From a virus (Duplodnaviria > Caudoviricetes), in the IMG/VR virus record IMGVR_UViG_3300003320_000853: a stretch of DNA of 64,000 nt; one strand, written 5' to 3'. Within the stretch, counting starts at the first letter, position 1; every line of letters begins with the position of its first letter. The notes beneath the pieces are model-generated. The model was not told where the DNA came from and did not search any database. It saw nothing but the letters and a program-made list of their open reading frames with translations. Below are positions 55,945 to 63,217 of this stretch, piece by piece. A program made the position numbers and the translations under genes.

Positions 55945-58155
55945 ATGTTCAAGCCGGGTGAAATCGCCGTAGTACGGGGGTCTGAGCGTCGGGTCACCAT
56001 CGTGGCCGGTCCTCTTGCCAGGGCAGGCCACGAATGGCCCGTCGCGACCAACGAGGGGGTCTTCGACGAGACCGAGCTGTTCCCGGCTCATCCCTCGGTG
56101 CTCGCCACTGCCGAAGGGCGGGATCTGGGCGCGGAAGCCTTCCACGCGGACATGGAGGCCCGCCAGGTCGTCGAGGACGCCGCCGAGGATACGGGCGCGA
56201 TCTTGACCTACAACTTGCGGGAGAAGGTCGGGAAGGCGCTGTCGAAGGCCACGGTCGATCTCAACGGCCACTGGAGGAACGGCGAGAACATCCACCCGGA
56301 ATTCAAGATCCTGGATCATGTGATGCTCAGCCGCACGGCCATGAGCAAGGCCGAGGCCGAGGCTATCCTCCGCGCTGTCAAGAACAAGACGCCCCTGGAG
56401 TGGTGGATCCCCGTCGATCTCTATCTGTCGTCACTCAGGAAGTGCCCTCTCTGCGGCGAGGAGGACTTCGGGACGGAGACGAACGGGCTCGTGGTGCGCC
56501 TCTCCGGCGATCGGTGCAAGTACGAGAATGGCCTCCCGCTGACCGAGTGGGAACTGAACGTTCCGTCGGGCAAGATCGTGGTCGCCAACGACCTTCGCGA
56601 GTTGTTCCCTCTTCCCGAGGCCGAGGACTTCGACATCAACACCACCCTGGGGTGCGCCCAGACGGCCTTGGCCTACGCCGCCGCCGGCATGTCGCACGCC
56701 TTCGTGGGAAACACCTGCCCCGGCGTCTACAAGTGCAGCGACGGCTCGTTCAAGATCGCGAACGAGCCACAGGAAGAGGAGTGGAACGGCGAGAAGTACG
56801 TGCCCATCGATCCCCCGCCCGTGTTCGACGGAGAGCACATGGCTGGGATCTGCACCGATCTCTGGTGGTACAGCATCGCCGACAACGACGAGTTCGAGCG
56901 CCGGGTCAAGCACTTCAAGATCAAGCGCAAGAATTTCAACATCAAGGTCATCGCCGTTCGGCCGGGCGTCTACCGCTTCCGGCACGACGAGGAAGCCCGT
57001 GGGCACGAGGGACCGGGGGAGACTGTCTACACGCGGTTCGAATGGGTGCGCGAGCCCGATCCGGTCAAGGACTTCCTCGGCACCTACGAATCCGTGGACG
57101 TCAACCCGCATGCCTTCGTTCAGGCACAGGTGAAGCGTTGGCCGACCCTCTACGGAAAGCGGGTCGAGCTGCGCGGTGGGAAAGAAGCGACCGTGCCCTG
57201 GTCGGACATGGCGGAAGAGGATCGGATCTCCTCCTGGCAGCGGGTCGCCGACCACATTTTCTGCACGATCGGCGGGGGAACCTCCTGGCACGAGAAGGGC
57301 TTCCCGCGGGCCAAGGTCGACCCGACCGTGCCCGATGTGGAACCGCCCTCCTTTAGGGAGCAGCATCACTGGTACCCGTTCTCGAAACCCTACGGCGGCA
57401 TGTTCGAACCCCATGCGCTGGCTCCCGGCTTCGCGAAGCTCCTCTTCCGCGTCCTGGAGTCGGTCATCTCCTTCGGGATGCACGTGCGGGACGACAACAA
57501 GGGGCGCGAGATCCACAGCACACGGAAGCGGATGCTGGAAGCCGTGAAGAGGTACCGGGAGCTGGCCCTGCGGTATCCGGATCAGGCCGATCCCGAGTAC
57601 GTCGCGTGGCTGGGCCAGAAGGGCCGCGCCGAGGCGTGGGTCAAGAACTTCGACCTCGGCCCCGAGGTCATGGAGAAGCACCGGGAGCACGTCCGCAAGC
57701 AGCGGTGGGTGCCCGAGAACGCCTACGCGATCGAGTTCGACGCCCGCAAGTTGAAGAGCGGCCACTTCGCATGGCACCCCAAGGAGCCGAGTGTGGGTGG
57801 GTGCTGGGCCCGCAAGGAGAACGCGCAGCGGTACGCCATCCTCGCGTTCGAGGACAACGGCCAGCCCGCCGAGCACAACTGCTTCTGGACGTGTCACGCC
57901 ACGAACACGTCGGTACCCCTCTACTCCGTGGCCCGGGTGGTGAAGGTGGGGGAGGTCTCGCACATGGGGGAGACCCTGGTCGAGCTCGCCTTCGACTACG
58001 GCACCCCGTGGATGCAGGACGTGACGAAGCGGAAGGCGGTGGTCGAGTCGGGGGAAAAGGCAGCGATCAAGATCCTGTCGCGGGAGGAGTACGAGAACCT
58101 GCTCCCGAAGGCGAAAGAGTTCTTCGAGATGGCCGAGGCCGCGATGGCGAAGTAG
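55945..58155 (+). CDS. Large hypothetical protein (736 aa)
   Basis: GGAGG RBS, motifs PSGKIVVANDLR, FVGNTCP, ICTDLWWYS. Confidence 0.8.
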   Translation: MFKPGEIAVVRGSERRVTIVAGPLARAGHEWPVATNEGVFDETELFPAHPSVLATAEGRDLGAEAFHADMEARQVVEDAAEDTGAILTYNLREKVGKALSKATVDLNGHWRNGENIHPEFKILDHVMLSRTAMSKAEAEAILRAVKNKTPLEWWIPVDLYLSSLRKCPLCGEEDFGTETNGLVVRLSGDRCKYENGLPLTEWELNVPSGKIVVANDLRELFPLPEAEDFDINTTLGCAQTALAYAAAGMSHAFVGNTCPGVYKCSDGSFKIANEPQEEEWNGEKYVPIDPPPVFDGEHMAGICTDLWWYSIADNDEFERRVKHFKIKRKNFNIKVIAVRPGVYRFRHDEEARGHEGPGETVYTRFEWVREPDPVKDFLGTYESVDVNPHAFVQAQVKRWPTLYGKRVELRGGKEATVPWSDMAEEDRISSWQRVADHIFCTIGGGTSWHEKGFPRAKVDPTVPDVEPPSFREQHHWYPFSKPYGGMFEPHALAPGFAKLLFRVLESVISFGMHVRDDNKGREIHSTRKRMLEAVKRYRELALRYPDQADPEYVAWLGQKGRAEAWVKNFDLGPEVMEKHREHVRKQRWVPENAYAIEFDARKLKSGHFAWHPKEPSVGGCWARKENAQRYAILAFEDNGQPAEHNCFWTCHATNTSVPLYSVARVVKVGEVSHMGETLVELAFDYGTPWMQDVTKRKAVVESGEKAAIKILSREEYENLLPKAKEFFEMAEAAMAK

Positions 58156-58345
58156 GGGTTGCGCTCGGTGGGCTGTCGTGATAGCACAGGCCCACCATGA
58201 GCCACTGATCGCGCCGCTGCTTCTCCACCCCGTGTTCGAGACCGGGATGGCGATGTTCTGCGTCGAGGTCGGAGCCTGAACGAGTAGCCCTGCATGGGCG
58301 CGTGCTCCCTTCGCAGCGCCATCCCCATGCCAGAGGAGCTACGTC

Positions 58346-58495
58346 ATGAAATCGTTCCAGAAGCCGAATCGAACCCCGCCGCCGAAGACTCCGAGGATTG
58401 GGCAGACGCCCGGCCAGGCCCCGCCTTGGAGCCAGGACTTCATCCCCAACAACCGCAAGGGTCGGCGGGCCCGAGCCAAGCAGCGTCGCCGGTAG
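58346..58495 (+). CDS. 49-aa Pro-rich/Arg-tailed peptide, not in the ORF track
   Basis: GAGGAG RBS, MKSFQKP...NRKGRRARAKQRRR*, followed by a long hairpin. Confidence 0.55.
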   Translation: MKSFQKPNRTPPPKTPRIGQTPGQAPPWSQDFIPNNRKGRRARAKQRRR

Positions 58496-58502
58496 TCCAG
58501 CC

Positions 58503-58548
58503 GTCGTTACATGGCTCGGACGAATTTTCATCCGAGCCATGTAACGAC
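58503..58548. repeat. Perfect 18-bp inverted repeat
   Basis: GTCGTTACATGGCTCGGA (58503-58520) / TCCGAGCCATGTAACGAC (58531-58548). Confidence 0.9.
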
Positions 58549-58574
58549 CACCCCCTCTGGGGGACATAATAGGT

Positions 58575-58865
58575 ATGGACTGCAAGCACGAATGGGAGCC
58601 TCGTCCCGAGGCCAACACGAACGGTGCCACCCGGTATCAGTGCGCCCTCTGCAAGGGTTGGGGATACCGCAACTGGACGACCCCTCACAACACGGCCATC
58701 CAGGTATACAAGGAGGCTGGTAAGCTCCGGATGAAGCCGAAACCCGAATGGTTTCGGGAGCTTATTGGCCAGAAGCACGACGAGCCTCGGCGTCCCGTGA
58801 TCCGCGATGTGGGGATCGTCGAGAGCCTCACCCCCTCCAACTGGAAGTGGCACAACCCGAAATAG
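58575..58865 (+). CDS. Small Zn-finger protein (CxHxW..CxxC)
   Basis: ORF, CATAAT just upstream. Confidence 0.6.
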   Translation: MDCKHEWEPRPEANTNGATRYQCALCKGWGYRNWTTPHNTAIQVYKEAGKLRMKPKPEWFRELIGQKHDEPRRPVIRDVGIVESLTPSNWKWHNPK

Positions 58866-58925
58866 TGTGATTTCCCTCTCGGGGAGTCCCTGACGGTGTC
58901 AGACAGAGGCCGGAGGTCTTGACAC

Positions 58926-59645
58926 ATGAGGCATCTCACCATTTCGGCCATCAGCACCGTGGGTATCCTGACGCTTCTCGCTCCGGCGTGCGCCTCGAAG
59001 CCAGGTATCACGGGCGACTATTCGTGCAGCTACTCGTTCTGGAAGCAGACGACGTGTGGCGGCCCCTGGAAGCGGGACGCATCGAGCGCCGTGGTGCATG
59101 CCATCGGCCAGGTCGACGCCTGTCTCCAGACAGCGGACTACGTGCACGACAACCGGCGTTGGCAGGAGCCGATCCTTTGCTACCCGGAGAACTGCAAGCT
59201 CCTGGAGCCCGACGCGAAGCCGCTGGGCATCGGAGGGAACGGGGTCGGCGGTGGAGAAGCGGGCACGGGGGGAGACGGCACGGGTGGGGCTCTCAACTGC
59301 CCGACGCCTGGCAACGCCTGCGGCGGTGACCCGGACGACATGAACAACGACTGCCCCTCCTGCGCGGCGTTCAATTGCTGCGACCAGAAGCAGGCATGCG
59401 ATTCGGACGCGAACTGCCAGTGCTTCGTCAACTGTGAGCTGACGGGTCAGACGCTCGACCAGTGCGAGGAGGATCCCGCGGACAACCCCGACGCCTGCGG
59501 ACCCCGGGGGCCGGTGGCGGGCGCCTACGATGGGTGTCTCCTGACGAGCTGCCTCGCTCTCTGCGGTGAGAACGGCGCGCATCGGGGCCCGGGCCATGGC
59601 CTCAACCCGGACGACGTGTCGTTCCTCGGCCGGGCCTCGCGGTAG
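58926..59645 (+). CDS. Cys-rich lipoprotein with Gly-rich linker
   Basis: LLAPAC lipobox, GGNGVGGGEAGTGGDGTGG linker, CxxCxxxxCC..C..C repeats, GGAGG RBS. Confidence 0.75.
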   Translation: MRHLTISAISTVGILTLLAPACASKPGITGDYSCSYSFWKQTTCGGPWKRDASSAVVHAIGQVDACLQTADYVHDNRRWQEPILCYPENCKLLEPDAKPLGIGGNGVGGGEAGTGGDGTGGALNCPTPGNACGGDPDDMNNDCPSCAAFNCCDQKQACDSDANCQCFVNCELTGQTLDQCEEDPADNPDACGPRGPVAGAYDGCLLTSCLALCGENGAHRGPGHGLNPDDVSFLGRASR

Positions 59646-59682
59646 GATTGATCCGTGCCCACGACCGGCTGTATGAGCCGGC

Positions 59683-59901
59683 ATGGGAACGATCAAGCGG
59701 TCGAAAGAGGAGAAGCGCCTCCGTCGCAAGAGGCTCAAGCAGCTCGAAAAGGCAGTCGGTCGCTTCATCGGCACGCTGGGGCTGACCGGCAAGCTGGACG
59801 AGATCGCTCGGCTCAGCCCAGAGTTGCGGCGCATGATCCGGGCGCACGACCAGTGCCACTGGAACAACATCCTCGAAGACCTCGACGACGAGACGCTGTA
59901 A
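59683..59901 (+). CDS. Small basic protein with tag-like C-terminus (HWNNILEDLDDETL)
   Basis: GCTGTA variant upstream. Confidence 0.6.
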   Translation: MGTIKRSKEEKRLRRKRLKQLEKAVGRFIGTLGLTGKLDEIARLSPELRRMIRAHDQCHWNNILEDLDDETL

Positions 59902-59902
59902 C

Positions 59903-60202
59903 ATGGCTACCCTGAAAAAGCGTCTGGAGACCACCTGGAGCGATCTCGCTCGGTTGGCTGGAGAGCTGGACTCCCCGCATTTCGAACGCGCCTTGGGCAA
60001 TCTGTGCCCGATCGGCGCAGATGGCTGGGGGGAGCAGTACCTCAACGCCCTCCTCGTGGCGGACGAGACCCTCGAAGATCGCTTGCGCAAGATCACCAAG
60101 AAGGCTCCCGAGGAGTACGTTCGGCTCAGGAAGGCCAAGATGATCCTCTTCCGTGAGCTGGTCATCGTCCTGGGTGCTTGCATGCAGACTCCCAAGGAGT
60201 GA
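59903..60202 (+). CDS. Hypothetical protein
   Basis: Coupled ORF. Confidence 0.6.
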   Translation: MATLKKRLETTWSDLARLAGELDSPHFERALGNLCPIGADGWGEQYLNALLVADETLEDRLRKITKKAPEEYVRLRKAKMILFRELVIVLGACMQTPKE

Positions 60203-60277
60203 CGCCATGCCCTCGCGCTCCTCGGGGATGACGACCCGTTCGATTGATCGCTGGCGGCGCTCGCCTGTAGGACTGCC

Positions 60278-60508
60278 ATGGACATCATCCTCGGCGTCGA
60301 CCAAGGCAAGATCACCGTTCACCTTCCAGGCGAAGTGCTCACCTTCGACCTCGACAACGATCTGGAGGTCGCGGACTGCCTGTTGCAGCATCCCCATGCG
60401 ATCATCCTCTGCTCGTCGTCTTGCGACCATCCCCAGGATCACGGCGCTCCCGCCGGCTGGAAATGGGATGAGTTTTGGGCGAACGTCTGTGCCTACGGGG
60501 ACTTCTGA
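60278..60508 (+). CDS. Small hypothetical protein (CSSSCDHP)
   Basis: CCTGTA variant upstream. Confidence 0.6.
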   Translation: MDIILGVDQGKITVHLPGEVLTFDLDNDLEVADCLLQHPHAIILCSSSCDHPQDHGAPAGWKWDEFWANVCAYGDF

Positions 60509-60510
60509 TC

Positions 60511-60852
60511 ATGAGCAGCGTGATCCTTCTCGAAGACGCGTCTGGCATCCCCCTGGTGGAGCCCAACCGGGATGGGGACATCCTCAACATCCACCGTTCG
60601 ATCGCCGACGTGATCGAAGTCGACAACCCGCCCCGGCCCGGCGACGTCCTCATGTTCACCTCGGGCCCCGCCTACCGCCACTGGTTGGGCATCTGGAGCG
60701 GTAGGATGGAAGTCCTGGAAGTGCTCGGCCGGAGCAGCCGGTCCGAGGGGTGGGAGGTCACCGTCGTCAGCCTGGAAGCAACTGCTCCCATCGCCCATGG
60801 GCGGAGAGTCGAAGACGGCGACTGGATCCGCGTCGCCTGTGCCCGCCCATGA
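60511..60852 (+). CDS. Hypothetical protein
   Basis: Coupled ORF. Confidence 0.6.
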   Translation: MSSVILLEDASGIPLVEPNRDGDILNIHRSIADVIEVDNPPRPGDVLMFTSGPAYRHWLGIWSGRMEVLEVLGRSSRSEGWEVTVVSLEATAPIAHGRRVEDGDWIRVACARP

Positions 60853-61241
60853 GGACTTCTGACATGGATCATCAGTGGGAAGAGTTCGGGGACGAGCACG
60901 AGTGCTCCTACGTCGACTGCTACTGCGATCACCCGACTTGTCTCAAGTGCGGCGTGGAGCAGGACTCCGAGGAAGCAAACTTCCCCTGCGTGGGATGGAA
61001 GCGGTGCGAGCGCACGAAGGCCCTGATCCTGGAGTGCTGGGAGCACGCGCAAACCCTCGAAGGGCCCGAGAAGGGGGACTTCTTCTTCCTCCTGTCGAAG
61101 CTTGGCTCCGGTGCCCCTTGCTTCGAGAACAGGGGGTGCGAGCCCATCCTCAACCGTTACCGTGACCCCCACAAGAGATGCTTCCTGCCCGGGAAGTGCC
61201 GCTGTCGCTGCATCACTTGCACACAGGGCGAGCTGGTGTAG
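60849..61241 (+). CDS. Cys-rich multi-Zn-finger protein
   Basis: More than 12 Cys, ends GTG-TAG in the next promoter motif. Confidence 0.6.
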   Translation: MRTSDMDHQWEEFGDEHECSYVDCYCDHPTCLKCGVEQDSEEANFPCVGWKRCERTKALILECWEHAQTLEGPEKGDFFFLLSKLGSGAPCFENRGCEPILNRYRDPHKRCFLPGKCRCRCITCTQGELV

Positions 61242-61250
61242 CTCCGCCGC

Positions 61251-61586
61251 GTGAGCACCCACGCCCTGCCTCTCGATCCTCCTCCGGAGTTCCCGGCAAA
61301 GCCCGACCCTCCGGTCACGTTTCCCCTGCGCTTCAACCTTTCCAGGGAAGCGATGTCGCGGGCGATCCGATCGGCGACGGGTCTCGATGTGCCTCCGGAG
61401 ACCTTGAACGTCGACCCTGGTCGCGAGATGCCGGAGGGCCAGGGCGTTTCCATCGAGATCCCCGTCTCGTGGGTGGACGGTAACGAGGTCGACCGGACGA
61501 ACCGCATCCGCTTCCTCATCGGGAAAGAGAACGGCCTTCTCTTCCTTCAGATCGAAGGCGTGGCCGGCAACTTCCCCCGAGGCTAG
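61251..61586 (+). CDS. Hypothetical protein
   Basis: GGTGTA 10 nt before GTG. Confidence 0.65.
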   Translation: MSTHALPLDPPPEFPAKPDPPVTFPLRFNLSREAMSRAIRSATGLDVPPETLNVDPGREMPEGQGVSIEIPVSWVDGNEVDRTNRIRFLIGKENGLLFLQIEGVAGNFPRG

Positions 61587-61588
61587 CC

Positions 61589-61981
61589 GTGGCTGTAGGG
61601 GAAGGTGTTCTCCATTACAGCCTCGACGCGGGCGTGTACCGGCTCGTCGTGGACATCGACCCGGGAATCACGGACTTCTACCGCGCCCTCGTCCCGAAGA
61701 CCGTCCGGCTCAACCGGCAGAAGTTCGCGCCCCACATCACCGTCGTCAGGGAGACTTCGCTCCCTTCCCCGGCCCGCTGGGGCGCCCATGAAGGGGAGCG
61801 CATACTTTTCGAGTACAACCCCGAGATTCAGGAGGGCCACGTATACTACTGGCTCGAAGTCTATTCGGAGCGCATGGGAGACATTCGCGTCGAGCTGGGT
61901 CTCCCACGAAGCGGACCGAATACCCGACCGCCTGATGGCGCCGAGTGCTTTCACACAACGCTCGACAATTTGAAGGGGTGA
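61589..61981 (+). CDS. Minimal 2H phosphoesterase
   Basis: PHITVV and FHTTL HxT motifs, IRxELGL. Confidence 0.75.
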   Translation: MAVGEGVLHYSLDAGVYRLVVDIDPGITDFYRALVPKTVRLNRQKFAPHITVVRETSLPSPARWGAHEGERILFEYNPEIQEGHVYYWLEVYSERMGDIRVELGLPRSGPNTRPPDGAECFHTTLDNLKG

Positions 61982-61986
61982 ACGAA

Positions 61987-62610
61987 ATGCTCAAAGAGCT
62001 TCAAGACAAGATCATCGCTGCCTGCCCGAACGTCGTCTTCTCCCTGCCCCAATGGTGGGGGTTCGAGTGCGGGAACGGCTGGTTCGATCTGGTCCACGAT
62101 CTCTTCGCGGAGCTGAACGACCTCCCCTACATCGGCGATGTTCGATTCACCTGTGTGAAGACGAAGTTCGCCGAGTTGCGGGTCTACTTCTACTTCACCG
62201 AGGGATCCCGCTGTGAAGGGGTGTCCGAGCTCATCCAGAAGGCGACGGATCGGGCACGGAATACATGCGAGGCGTGCGGCAAGCCAGGCTGTGCCGTGGT
62301 GGACAGTCGCGGCTGGCTTCGGGTGACGTGCCTGATCCATCGCAAGCCCGACGATCGCAATCGCTATGAGGGCGACATGGGGGTCTCCACCCTGTGGTTC
62401 GGTCCATCGTGGGGAGCACCGATCTGTCTTCCGGCCAACGAGTGCGAGACCCCGAACCGTCCCTGCTACCTGTGCAGCAAGGAGTTCGTGTCGGAGGATC
62501 GGGGTCTCGTGATGCCCTTCCACGGGGGACCTGGAGATCCCGCATCGCTCCCTGCCCATTTGGAGTGTCTGAGCGTCGCGCTCGGCTTTCCAATCCCCAA
62601 GACGGTGTAA
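61987..62610 (+). CDS. Conserved phage protein (GWxxL..KxKFxxLRxY..CExCG..GW..C..H) with extra C-terminal Zn finger
   Basis: Motif pattern as listed. Confidence 0.7.
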   Translation: MLKELQDKIIAACPNVVFSLPQWWGFECGNGWFDLVHDLFAELNDLPYIGDVRFTCVKTKFAELRVYFYFTEGSRCEGVSELIQKATDRARNTCEACGKPGCAVVDSRGWLRVTCLIHRKPDDRNRYEGDMGVSTLWFGPSWGAPICLPANECETPNRPCYLCSKEFVSEDRGLVMPFHGGPGDPASLPAHLECLSVALGFPIPKTV

Positions 62611-62619
62611 AGATAGGGC

Positions 62620-63214
62620 ATGCGCTACAGCCCGTATCTGACCCGTTCTGCCGCAGAAAGAATCGACGCCAAGATCGGTCTCCATCCGGACTTCCCCAAG
62701 CCCGGGATCCTGTTCCGCGACGTCTCCCCGCTCCTCGCCGACCCGGATGCGTTCGCGGCGACGATCGCGACCATGTGCGCGCCCTACCCGACGAACAGGG
62801 GACGCACCCACGGCTTCCCCTTCAATCCGCTCGGCGAGTGCCCGACATACATCGCGGGCATCGAGTCGCGGGGGTTCATCTTCGGTGCGGCCATGGCGTC
62901 GACCCTCGGCGCGAGCTTCGTCCCGATCCGGAAGAAGGGCGCCAAGCTCCCCGGCGTCCTCCACGAGGAGAGCTACGCCCTGGAGTATGGCGAGGCAACG
63001 CTCGTCCTCCAGGAAGGGGCGATTCCTCCCCATGCGAAGGTCGTCATCGTCGAACGACCTCATCGCCACTGGGGGCTCGGCGGGGGCTGCCTCCAAGCTC
63101 GTTCGCCGTCAGGGGGCCCAGGTGCTCGGCTTCTCCTTCGTGATCGAGCTGGCGGGCCTCAAGGGTGCGGACAAGCTCGACGCCCTGACCCACTCCGTGC
63201 TTCTCTTCGACTGA
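62620..63214 (+). CDS. apt: Adenine phosphoribosyltransferase with a 1-nt insertion at about 63053 (assembly error or pseudogene)
   Basis: DFPKPGILFRDVSPLL, GIESRGF, IRKKG.KLPG, YALEYG. GTCGAACGAC minus one A restores the PRPP motif VDDLIATGGS and continues FVIELxxLxG. Confidence 0.88.
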
Positions 63215-63217
63215 CCT

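Noticed and set aside
58225-58250. GTTCGAG T-loop-like sequence suggesting a tRNA
   Set aside because: I could not build an acceptor stem, D arm or anticodon arm around it.
828-62619. GGTGTA as a Shine-Dalgarno variant (GGTG can pair with the 16S tail)
   Set aside because: GGTG sits about 12 nt from the start, the invariant TA would not pair, and a separate SD appears when the motif is farther upstream. A promoter fits better, though this is unproven without TSS data.
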